Of a stretch of DNA of 64,000 nucleotides, positions 39,501 to 49,400 are shown one piece after another (positions within the stretch are counted from its first letter, which is position 1; every line of letters begins with the position of its first letter). Position numbers and translations under genes: made by a program. This DNA is from a virus. Its lineage: Duplodnaviria > Caudoviricetes. The notes below the pieces were generated by a model. That model worked only from the letters and a program-made list of their open reading frames with translations. It was not told the origin of the DNA and did not search any database. The stretch is from positions 1 to 64,000 of IMG/VR virus record IMGVR_UViG_3300025689_000001; one strand, given 5' to 3'.

Positions 39501-42500
39501 AAAAGACTTTTCCGCTAAGAAAGGTGAATCAATAAACCTGTAGAGACTATCTCTGGTTAGACAGAGAGTAGGTTTACTATTGATACGTAAATCAAAATGG
39601 TGTGCCGTAAGGTAAAAGATAGTCCAGACCACAAACAGTTGCCCAGCTGGTAGAGAAATCTATAGTGGTATGTAATGAGACTTATGGGTGAGCCTGGAGA
39701 GGAAAGACCTCTCAATAGATATTGCCGTCTTAAGGAAGATATGAGAGCATGGTACATGGAGGCAAAAGATGCTGGTCTTACAGAAGAGCAGATTAAAACT
39801 CTTGAACCATATTATCTTCCTAACTGTGGAGTTCCTTCTTCACAGGAAGACATGATGGAAATCTGTATGGACGAAAAGATTGCAAACTTTAGTCTTTCTG
39901 AAGCAAATGCGACAAGAAAGATAGTTGCAAAGAAGAAAATGGACCAGATTCCTGCTCTTCACGAGAAGTTTGTAAATGCTTGTCCGACAAAGAGATTTGG
40001 AGAATATGTATGGAAGACAACAATGGGTCCTCAGATGGGATAAGTAACGATTGTCCTATCAAATACCCTTTCTTCTTATCAGAAGGGTTCTAATTTATTA
40101 GAGCTAACGGTTGAACCCAACACTTATAGATAGAACAAAAAGCTATCTGTAAGAAGGGCAATCCCGTGGGAATCATCTTATGGATAGTAATAAATGGAGT
40201 TGATATAATGTATTACATTTATTGCTATAAAAATAAAATTAATGGACATAAATATGTTGGACAAACAAACAACATAAAAAGAAGAATTAATGAACATAAA
40301 AGCGCCGCCTTCAATGAAAATAGCGGTGATTATGATTTATTATTTCATAAAAAATTAAGACAATATGGAATAGATAATTTTGAAATAGTTATTTTAGAAG
40401 AAATTGACTCAAATGACCAGACTGTAGTTGATGAAAGAGAACAGTTTTGGATTAAATTTGAAAATAGTTTTGTTAGAAATGGTAAAGGATATAATCTAAC
40501 AGAAGGCGGTCAGTTCTCTAAGACAGTTAATAAAAAAATATCTTTGGAAGATGCAAAAGAAATTCAGCAAATGATATTAAAAGGTAAATCATATGAAGAT
40601 ATTCAAAATAAATATAATATCTGTCCAAGTTATATTACAATGATAAATCAAGGGAATTATTTCTATGACAAAGATTTAAGTTACCCTCTTCATAAATATT
40701 ATAAATCAGATGATGATTATAATGAATTAATTGATTTACTTAAATATAGTGATTTATCATTAAAAGCTATTTCAGAAAAATTAGGTTTTGGATATTCAAC
40801 AGTCAAAAAGATTAATGAAGGTAGACTTAGAAAAGGCTTATCAGAAGAATATCCAATAAGAAAAAAGACCGTGTATGCAATAAAAGCAGATAGGGTTAAA
40901 GATTTATTATTAAACTCTACTTTAACTATTCCAGAAATAATGGTTGAGACTAAAGTAAGTCAAGAAACTGTTAGACGTATTAATATTGGTGAGTCACATC
41001 ATGACTCAAATTTAAACTATCCATTAAGATGAAGCCTGTATCGACTATCGCGGGTTAAGCCGCGAGTAGGGTGACTATCGATACGTCACTCGAAACGGGT
41101 ATTGGCGCTCCTAATAAGGAGCGAGTTAAGATATAGTCAGAGCCTATAGGAATATAGGATTACTCGATTCATTTGCAAAGCCTCATGCTCTTGCTTACTC
41201 ATTCGTTGGTATTCAGACTCTTTATCTTGCAACAACATATTCCGACATTTATTGGAATTGTGCTTGTTTGATTACAAATGCCGGCGGTGCGGATTTACTT
41301 GACACAGAAGATGTGGACAAGGAACTGGAAGAAATGGCAGAGCAGGATATTGAGGAAGTCGACGAAGACGAACTCATTGAAGCAATTAGTAAAAAGTATA
41401 AGAACAAGAGCGTTAACTATGGTAAGATTAGTGTTGCTCTTGGTAAGTCTAAAAAGGCAGGCATTAATGTTTTGCCGCCAGACATCAATAAATCAGACCT
41501 CATCTTTAAGCCAGATGCAGAGCGTAATGCAATCATTTATGGTTTGAAGGGTATCGACAGAATTGGTACAAGCCTTGTTTATGAAATCATGGAAAATCGT
41601 CCTTATACTTCTCTTGAAGATTTTACTAATAAGGTAAAAGTTAATAAAACTCAAATGGTTTCCTTAATTAAGGCAGGTGCATTTGACAATATTTATGGTG
41701 ACAGAGAAAAGACAATGGACTCTTATCTTGAACTCATTGCAGATAAGAAAAAGCGTATCACTTTGCAGAATATGACAATGTTGTATAATAAAGGTCTTAT
41801 TCCAGAAGAGCTTTCGTTTGAAGCAAAGGTTTATAACTTTACTAAGTATATTAGAAAGTTCAAACAGGGAGATTATTATTATCTCAATCATATTGCAATG
41901 AGATTCTTTATGGAGAATTATGACACAGATGTGCTTGTAGATATGGTAATTGACGGTGAAGATAATCACGCTTTAATTAAGCAGTCAACATGGGATAATA
42001 CCTATGATAAGGCAATGAATCCAGTAAGAGCATGGATGAAAGCAAATCAGGAAGAAATTCTTAGCACATTGAACAGAAGTCTTTTCGAAGATGTTCGTAA
42101 CAAGTATGCTCTTGGTTCGATTGATAAATGGGATATGGACGCCCTTGGTACATATTGCCACAATCATGAACTTGCAAATCTCAATAAGAGAGCATATGGA
42201 ATTGTAGATTTCGAGAGTCTTGACCCTGAGCCAGTAATTGCGTCTGAGTTCACAACAAAGGACGGCGGCGTAATTAGAATGTATGAAATTTCAAGAATCT
42301 GCGGAACTGTTATTGATAAGGATAAGAATAAGAGTACAGTAGTTCTCTTAACTCCTACAATGCAGGTTGTAAACGTAAAGGTTTGGAAAAATCAATACGC
42401 AAAGTGGGATAGACAAATTAGTAGAAAGAATCCTGATGGTACTAAGACAGTTATTGAGAAGAGCTTCTTCGCAAGAGGTAATAAACTGATTATAACTGGT

Positions 42501-42635
42501 ATTCGTCGTGATGATGATTTTGTACCTAAGAAGTATAAGAGTACTGCTCTTCCTCTCTTTGAGAAAATTGAGGAGATGGACGAAGAAGGATTCATCACAA
42601 AGTCTACAACAGAACGTGCGGAGGTAGAGGAGTAA
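33512..42635 (+). CDS. dnaE: DNA polymerase III alpha (C-family), 6 exons (33512-34853, 35846-35874, 36731-37082, 38290-38709, 39673-40041, 41167-42635), 1326 aa spliced
   Basis: PHP HSH/TDH/SDAH, GPGRGSA; junctions restore YWR(F)LNEERVELP|DIDID, IDG(L)VNKRGQHASG, NA(L)MRLM, MG(Y)SFAKPHALAYS; exon total 3981 nt, in frame, no TAG. Confidence 0.93.
34854..35845 (+). mobile_element. Group I intron dnaE-I1 (HEG in P8 region)
   Basis: GGAGAT| pairs IGS GTCTCC, 3' exon TTTTAAAT pairs ATTTAAAG; CGACTAT...AAGATATAGTC; ends in G. Confidence 0.9.
35170..35841 (+). CDS. Intron-encoded GIY-YIG homing endonuclease; 3 TAG (the last lies in the P7 strand)
   Basis: GYIYKI...VYIGQT, RFK[TAG]H, GYN, HTH; TAG 35812 read-through gives TAA 35839-35841. 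Confidence 0.85.
35875..36730 (+). mobile_element. Group I intron dnaE-I2, inserted immediately before the catalytic DIDID
   Basis: ACTGCCT| pairs IGS GGGCAGT, 3' exon GATATTG pairs TAATATT; GACTA/GATAGTC; ends in G. Confidence 0.9.
36104..36604 (+). CDS. Intron-encoded NUMOD4-HNH homing endonuclease
   Basis: FPGYTITDDGKV, IHRLVAEAFIPNP, VNHKD...NN.VENLEW. Confidence 0.9.
   Translation: MEREIKNFPGYTITDDGKVISYKFKKPRVMKTWYQKSGYENIKLCKDNVTYHFLIHRLVAEAFIPNPNNLPEVNHKDKSRQNNRVENLEWSNRADNLYDSYSTMTATRNFRECILIREKDNAEIKSFQSVKAAAEYANEEFGCSISGMRKNYKSRGYRLEFKKCND
37083..38289 (+). mobile_element. Group I intron dnaE-I3
   Basis: Splits Leu T|TA; IGS AACTG-GCCC pairs both exons; conserved core; ends in G. 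Confidence 0.9.
37275..38132 (+). CDS. Intron-encoded GIY-YIG homing endonuclease with 3 repeats
   Basis: YIYGY...WYVGQT, GYN, three IN.G...YP(L/I)R repeats. Confidence 0.9.
   Translation: MNYIYGYQNKITGKWYVGQTSKSIEERHRLHLSSAYHETCNDYNCLFHKKIREYGIENFELVLLEQVIDKSLLDEREQYWIKEKKSFVRDNGYNLTTGGQQRKNNEDYQDIRQTFSSEEIQEVYRLIRDENIKLTDIANKYDVSLSLICMINSGKKYHNDNLIYPLRKQNIKISEEIVDEIISLLKENKGNAEIAKIYGINEDVVYRINKGLAHKRDIDYPIRQNSSKKQELIDRANTIKSLLKENKLNNRQIADLVGCDPSVVSNINYGKNYYDNTLEYPLRKS
38710..39672 (+). mobile_element. Group I intron dnaE-I4
   Basis: Splits Leu T|TA; IGS CATTG-GCGC pairs both exons; core nearly identical to I3; ends in G. Confidence 0.9.
38855..39535 (+). CDS. Intron-encoded GIY-YIG homing endonuclease with 2 repeats; 4 TAG
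   Basis: LIYCY...KYIGQT, RIK[TAG]H; TAG 38939, 39368, 39425, 39470; TAA 39533-39535. Confidence 0.85.
40042..41166 (+). mobile_element. Group I intron dnaE-I5
   Basis: Splits Tyr T|AT; GGGAT pairs GTCCT; CCTGTATCGACTAT...AAGATATAGTC; ends in G. Confidence 0.88.
40208..41032 (+). CDS. Intron-encoded GIY-YIG homing endonuclease with 3 repeats
   Basis: YIYCY...KYVGQT, GYN, repeats ending YPLH/YPIR/YPLR. Confidence 0.9.
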   Translation: MYYIYCYKNKINGHKYVGQTNNIKRRINEHKSAAFNENSGDYDLLFHKKLRQYGIDNFEIVILEEIDSNDQTVVDEREQFWIKFENSFVRNGKGYNLTEGGQFSKTVNKKISLEDAKEIQQMILKGKSYEDIQNKYNICPSYITMINQGNYFYDKDLSYPLHKYYKSDDDYNELIDLLKYSDLSLKAISEKLGFGYSTVKKINEGRLRKGLSEEYPIRKKTVYAIKADRVKDLLLNSTLTIPEIMVETKVSQETVRRINIGESHHDSNLNYPLR

Positions 42636-43552
42636 TGGCAACAATTGGTTTATATGATATAGACCTGCATCACGGGAAGGCTTTTTCAATAAGCCTTCCT
42701 CTCATGTAGGCTTACGCAAGGCTTAAATCAGAAGGACATTAGGTTATTATGATGAAGCCTTATGAAAAGACAGGAAGATACAATCAGATTTTTTACTTTA
42801 AAGATAATCCAAAATTGGAGGTTCCGAAGAAACTTGTCATTAATCAGGATAAAGGAAAATTTTGTGGTTTTGGCTTTTATGGAACTTCTGGCATCTCTTC
42901 AAAGACAATGGAGTACGCTCCTTCATTCGAACCTTATGACTTATTCAGCAACAAGATTAAAAACCTGACTCTGTATAAGTCAATCAGAAACAATAGTATA
43001 ATTGATTGGAGAGAGAAAAATTTTGCGGGGGCTAAAGGTGGAGCAGCAATAACCTACGTTACCGATAGAAACTTCCTTGATGAAGAAGACTGGGAAGAAA
43101 TCTTTGACCACTATGACAACAATATTGATTTCATTCATAGCTTAAAAGTTGATAAATCTGAAGAAGATAAGATGTTTAAACTTCTTAAAAAGCCATATGG
43201 CAATCATACAAGAATAGTTGTTCCTTGGCAGATAGACGCAGATAAGCTGATTTATCTATCGACCTGCCGCGGCATCGTTTTTAATATCAGTGACGCTATG
43301 AAATTAACGGCACAAATACTTATTTCAAAGATACTTGATATAAAACTTCCAATATATTCAACATATGAAACCGACCCGTTTATACTTGATTTAATTCACT
43401 GGAATAATGCAGGAAGAATTTCTTTCAAAGAATTTCTCGGAATCAACTGGGACCCGAATAAATACATCACATTTCCATATCGGTTAATGCTCCAGCAAGA
43501 CCCCACAAAAATCACATATGATGAATTGTGTGAGGAATATTTCGTAAAGTGA
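42635..43552 (+). CDS. Hypothetical protein with N-terminus resembling phage radical-SAM-associated proteins; 2 TAG
   Basis: TAATG overlap with dnaE; MATIGLYDID...LPLM[TAG]AY...GH[TAG]V in frame with ORF 42749; no CxxxCxxC seen. Confidence 0.55.
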
Positions 43553-43557
43553 GATTC

Positions 43558-43586
43558 TTGACTTTACTAATCAATTATGTTATAAT
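43558..43586 (+). promoter_or_regulatory. sigmaA-type promoter
   Basis: TTGACT-17-(TG)TTATAAT. Confidence 0.75.
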
Positions 43587-43609
43587 TATAATATAAAGGA
43601 GGGATTGAT

Positions 43610-43777
43610 ATGGATTATACAAACTTTTCGTTAGATGTTTTGAAGTTCGAACTCGAAAAGAAAGAAAAAGAACTTCTTAATGAATCGCTCAATTTATTCA
43701 CCTACAATCCTCGAATCTCTGAACTCACGAAAGAGATTAAGGAATTATAGGAAGAAATCGACAAGAGGGAGGACTAA
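43610..43777 (+). CDS. Small coiled-coil protein, one TAG
   Basis: MDYTNFSLDVLKFELEKK...KEL[TAG]EEIDKRED*, AGGAGG RBS. Confidence 0.55.
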
Positions 43778-43781
43778 ATAA

Positions 43782-44531
43782 ATGGCAGAACCAATTAAAA
43801 TTGACCTTTGCGGAGAGAATGGTAAGTTAAAGTCTAAGGAAGATTTTCTCAAAGATATGGAGAAACTTTACACCGAACTCGGTGGAAAAGAAAATGGTCC
43901 TTGCTACATGGATTTATTTACTGCTCCAGAAAATAGCTTCAGTCCTGATGATGTTCTTGATAGACAGCAGTTTATTGAACGTAAACTTTACATCGACGAG
44001 ATTAACGGTGAACTTGCGTAGTATGTTCTTGAACGTATTCAGTTCTGGAATTCTGAAGACGCTTTCGATGAGACTCCAGTTGAGGAAAGAATCCCAATTC
44101 AGGTTTATATCAACTCGCCCGGTGGCGAACTTATTGCAACCCTTCAGATTGTTGATGCGATAAGAAATTCTAAGACTCCTGTTTATACAATTGCAACAGG
44201 TTCAGCTTATAGCGGTGGCTTCTTCATTTGTATCGCAGGACATAAACGTATGGCATATCCTAATGCTTCATTCCTTTTCCATGAAGGTAGTACAGTTATT
44301 GCAGGTAATGCCGATAGAGTTGACCAGAACCATAAGTTCTATGTTTATCAGCGTAAGCAGTTAAGGAATCTTGTTCTTAGTACAACAAAGATTTCTAAGA
44401 AACTGTACGAAGAGCAGAAAGATAGAGACTGGTGGTTCGATGTTAAGAAAGCTATTGAACTCGGTGTTGTTGATGAAATTTGCAATGATGTAAACGGAGG
44501 TTTATACGAAGATGAAGACAACGAAGATTGA
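43782..44531 (+). CDS. clpP: ClpP-family serine protease, one in-frame TAG
   Basis: After TAG 44019: YINSPGG, AYSGG (catalytic Ser), FLFHE (His), DWWF...A.ELGVVD. Confidence 0.88.
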
Positions 44532-45327
44532 GGAACTTTTTGCAGGAGTTCCAAATAAAGACGGCTTTGATACAATGATGCAATTTGTTCAATTGCCTGA
44601 CGAACAGTTTGACCAGCTGTGGCCCAGCTTCAAACAGAGCTTCATGGATATTATTAAGTCAGAGAAGTTCCAGAGAGAGCAGAAAGAGGCTCTTACTCTT
44701 GTTCCAGGTGTCACAAGTGAAACACTGAAGGAGGAAAAGGAATACTACGAGGAAATCATTCACGATATTTCTCAGGAGCCCGACCTCTCAGAAAACAAGA
44801 AGGAGTTCTTTGTACTTTTGTTTAATGCTCTTGCAGACATTCATGAGTAGCTTCTTACAAGCGGAAGAACATAGGTTGAAGTTAAAATTACAAAGCTCAA
44901 TCCAGATGCAGTAATTCCTCAGTATGCTCATCCTACAGATGCAGGAGCTGATATTTCAGCAGTTGAGGAAGTTACAATTCAGCCTGGCGAAACAAAGATT
45001 GTTAAGACCGGTATCGCAATTGCGATTCCTGCTGGCTATGAAGTTCAGGTTAGACCTCGTTCTGGTCTTAGTGTAAAGACTAGGTTAAGAATTCCTAATA
45101 CTCCCGGTACTATCGACACAGAGTATCGCGGCGAAATTGGAGTTCCTATTTGGAACGCAGGTGATACCCCCTATGTTATTGAAAAGGGAATGAAAATTGC
45201 TCAGATGTTGATTGCTCCTACTCCAATGATTAAGTGGAATGAGGTTGCAACAGTAGATGAGCTGGGAACCACTTCTCGCGGCAATGGTGGTTTCGGAAGT
45301 ACAGATAAGGCGGCAAACACAGGATGA
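44512..45327 (+). CDS. dut: Trimeric dUTPase with ~120-aa N-terminal extension; 2 TAG
   Basis: AGAD, RPRSGL, GTIDTEYRGEI, IAQ, RGNGGFGST motifs all lie after TAG 44848 and a second TAG; TGA 45325-45327. Confidence 0.88.
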
Positions 45328-45332
45328 TTTAA

Positions 45333-46052
45333 GTGGCTAAACTTAAATATGAAGATATAAAAGCAGAAGTGGAGTTAGAGGGTTGGAAACTTCTCTCTGA
45401 CTCCTATACCAATTTAAAAACTCAAATGAATTTCATGTGCCCCAACGGACATGAAAATTACTTTACAATGGAATACTGGCGCCGCCATAAGCAGTGTCCA
45501 ATTTGTAAGAGTAACAAGTATTATCAGATGAATGATTCTGCTCCGAAAAGTAAGGGCTTTAGAATCTTAGCTTTCGACCAAGCAAGTATTACAAGTGGTT
45601 GGTCCGTTTTTGATGATGAAGAATTAATCAAGTTCGGTCATTGGGAATCTGATGGCTCTCATAGCACAGAAAGAATTATGAAGACCAAGCAATGGGTTGC
45701 TTCAATGATTCAGATGTGGAAGCCTGACTTAGTAGTATTTGAAGATATTCAATTACAAGTTTTCGATGGTGGAGAGCAAGTAGTAACCTTTAAGAAACTC
45801 GCTCATTTACAGGGCGTTCTTAAGAACTATTGTTATGAAAATGGCAAGATTTATAAAATCGTGCCGCCTGCCACATGGAGAGCTTTTAACGAAGTTAAGG
45901 GAAGAAGCAGAAATGATAAGAAAAAGAGTGCATAGCTGATTGTTAAATCGCTTTATGATGTTAATGTAACACAAGATGAAGCAGATGCCGTTTTAATTGG
46001 TCGTTGGGCGGCTAATGATAGAAAACGAAATGCTATGGTATAGTTTGGATAA
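45333..46052 (+). CDS. RuvC-like Holliday junction resolvase with N-terminal Zn ribbon; 2 TAG
   Basis: CPNGH...CPIC; ILAFDQ, VVFED, and catalytic DEADA downstream of TAG 45933; TAA 46050-46052. Confidence 0.8.
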
Positions 46053-46055
46053 ACG

Positions 46056-46090
46056 AAAAACCCCTCACAATTGTGAGGGGTTCTTTTTAT
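46056..46090. terminator. Bidirectional intrinsic terminator between the convergent replication and tail arms
   Basis: A-run, CCCCTCACAA/TTGTGAGGGG palindrome, T-run. Confidence 0.85.
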
Positions 46091-46464
46091 TTTATGAAGG
46101 GTTCGAGAAGCTCAAGCTCTCCAAGAGTTAAACCGAGAGGTTCGAGTTCATCAAGTGAGAAGTAAATATCAGGGAGAGTGATTTGTCTATTATTTATTTC
46201 TATAATTTTTAAACCACATTCTTCAACGCATTCTTCTTTAATCTTGAAGCCGCCGTCCTTGTTGACGATGAATTGACCATCTTCATTTTTTTCAGCGTAC
46301 TGTTTAAGAAGAAGGAACTACTATTCATTGATTAACTCCTCTTCTTCTCGAATTACTTTTGATATTTTAATGAACTTGTATTGAGTATTAATATCAAAAG
46401 TCTTCTCTTTTATTTTGTCAATTATTTTTGATAATTCCTTTAATCTCTCTGTTGAACAAATCAT
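46087..46464 (-). CDS. Small tail-region protein (DUF1617-like), tandem TAG TAG
   Basis: MICSTERLKELS...INE[TAG][TAG]FLLLKQYAEKNEDG...LELLEPFIK*; TAATG overlap with the upstream gene. Confidence 0.7.
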
Positions 46465-49400
46465 TATCGTACTCCTCCTATTTCAAATAGGTCTCCAAGT
46501 TTAACCCAGTTATCATCTGAGCCAGACGTTTCTGAGGTTGTTGCATAAGATTGGATTTTTACCTTTAAATCTGCTGCATACTCTTCTACAGTAGCTGCTC
46601 CACCAGGAGTATTTATTTTCACACTAGGACGTTTCCAATCAATATTATGCACATGGTCATGGAATCCTTCAATTCCTCCGACTGCCGCTTCAATTTCTCC
46701 TCTCATATTATTCACTGCACCGTCAATTGCTTCATAAATAGGACCACTACTATTACTAATTTCATTAGCAATATATTCATCAAGTTTCCAATGAGTATTT
46801 GGGTCAACGATAGAGCTGAAGCTAATAAATAAGTTTCCATTTGAATCAACCAACATTTTTGCATCAGGAATAGTTATTTTATCTGAAAGGTTAGTTGCAT
46901 CTGTTTCTCCTCCGATAGTACCTCCGAAAGAAACTGTACCATCTTTAGTAACTGCAAATAAATTACTTACTTTATCTCCATTCTGAACACAACATACTAA
47001 CAATCTTTGATTACCATTTCCAGTTGCATTACCATCATTCATACTTGGATTGTTTAAATATAAACCTACTGTTGAATCGACCGATGTTGGCGTTCCGCCA
47101 CCAGCTTCCCTACTCGCATATGTTCCTTCAGGTAATACATACACTATTTTAGCTTTCTTAATAAGAACATTTCCTGTTTCTTCCCAATAATAGAGTGTCT
47201 AAGTCGTTCCGTTTCCATATACTGGAGCAGCGGTTGAATCTACACCATTATAAAAAGTGATAGAAGTATTTGCAGTAAAATCTCCTCCATTATTGATGAA
47301 ATATTTCTTAGTATTATTTCCATGTATATCTCCGATATTGAAATAATAATTAGTAACAGTTTGACCGCTTCTATTAACACTAATTCCATATTTTGTTAAA
47401 ACTTTCTAACTTATATGACTTTCATCAGTACCAAGATAAACATTTGTAAGAGGAACTGTTGTTACTCCACTCTTTGTATAAGTAGTTACACTGGAATCTC
47501 TTCTAATTTCAATAGAAGTCTTATCAGGCTCATTACCAAATAAGTATGTTGCAATTAAGTCATTAGTAAACTCATTTCCAGTAGCATTAAAGTAATATGT
47601 TGTAATCTACGTCTCTTCGTCAGTTTCACTGGATGTGTGCCAATTAGGAATTTCTTTTGGTGTAGCATAGCCGAAACTTCCATAAGTAAGAGGTTTTACC
47701 TTATCAGTAAACTTATCACCGCCAGATTTCTATACTGCAAGAGTATTACTTACCATCATTTCGCCAATAAGTTTAATGATTGCGCTTTCTCTATCACCGT
47801 CAGAAGAGGCCGTTGTTTGGAAGATTGGCTCTCCATTATTATTATAAAGATAGAAACCAATTTCATCTCCAAGAGTGTCTTCTCCAGAAATTTCTCCACC
47901 ATTCTCATTATTAAATGAATAACCTGCTCTTAATTTGATATTACCATCTGCTACAATACTCAATCCATACTTATTAAATATTGCCGCGTCATTGATATTC
48001 TTTGCATCTGTTGTAAGAGCCTATGGGTCACGATAAGCTACGATACCATCTTTATCCCATGAGAAGTAAACATAAGCGCTATCAGCAATTCTTATCTTAC
48101 CCGCATCAAGAGTACCAACCTTAATATAGTCGGCATTAATACCACTTGGTCCTACACCAACACTCCAATGCTATCCTCCATCGTTTGAGAAGAATAATCC
48201 TTGTCCGTTAAGAACATATTTATTGGCGTGGTTGTTAATATCACTACCGCTTGTACCGGTATTGTCAACCTAAATATTATTCTCGTCAGTGTCAAGAAGC
48301 GTTAAGTCATTAGTATCAAGTGCGCCTTGTAAACTTGAATTAGTAATGTTTTGAAGTGAAGTGAAGTTTGATGAACGCTTGTAAATATTTTCATTATAGG
48401 TTAATGATTGAACTGAAGCAGTAACTTGCTGGAACAAATCTTGAAATGATGTAGTAAAGTTCTATACTGAAATAGTATCTTTACTTGGGTCATCAAGTCC
48501 TTCTTGAACCGCAGAAATAAGAACTTTTAGTCTATTAGGGAAGCCTGTATGCTTGTTAATTCCAAACATTCCGATATCTTCAACATAAGTAGTATCGGCT
48601 AAATCAAAGTCATAGATATCTTCATATTCTTCACTCAATGGCGCAAGGTCAATTACACTAATAGTATAACTAACTTTTGGTATCGCACCGTCTGCCGCGA
48701 CATCAAGAGCTCCGAAATAGTAAGCATTATCACTAAGATAATTGCTATCAGACCAAGTACCTTCTTTTAAGTATGGTTCATACTTCTTATAGAAAGCGGT
48801 AGAAATCTGGTTGATAAGTTTAAGATAACTTGCTCTCTCACGTTTCCACTGTTGGATTTGTAAATACTCTCTATTGAATTGACCAAGAATACCTGTAGTA
48901 TAAGAATGTAAGTCAATCCAATATTTTCTGCTTTCTTCCAAGTCTTTAATATGGTTAAAGAATTCGATTGCAGTTACTTCAGTTCCAGGCGCAGGCGGCC
49001 ATGAGTTATGGTCGAAACAGTCTTCTTTCCATACATCTTCATTCAAGTCACACTCTCTATTTGTATAGAAAGTTGAATAAATGAGCTGGGTTAGAATAGC
49101 TTCCTGCTCTGCAAGTTTTACTTTGAAATTTAAGTAAGCCTATTGAGTTTCATACTCTCCAGTAGTTGAATACATATTCTTGTATTTATCAAGCTGTTTT
49201 CTTATCTTCAAAATCTGCTCTTGAGCAGTTATAATGCCTTGATAATTAACTTCCAAATTAGCCTGCAATTCTGTGAAAGAAGCATCTTGTAAATTGATAA
49301 TCTTATTTGAAAGTTCGTCATAACGAGTATTATAATAACCAAGCTACTGTAAGAAACCTGAAGGAATTTCGTCGGGATTATCCTTAATACTCTTCTCATT

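Noticed and set aside
10649-41060. Recurrent CCTGTATCGACTAT and GCTAACGGGG motifs as a CRISPR or dispersed repeat family
   Set aside because: Kilobases apart with no spacer periodicity; they are conserved intron core elements
9678-41166. Inserts in nrdD and dnaE as inteins or group II introns
   Set aside because: They contain stops and shift frame, lack intein C...HN ends, GTGCG 5' ends and an RT, and show group I hallmarks (U.G in P1, P7 GACTA/TAGTC, omega-G)
42635-43552. Active radical SAM enzyme
   Set aside because: The N-terminus resembles that family, but no CxxxCxxC motif is present, so it is left as hypothetical
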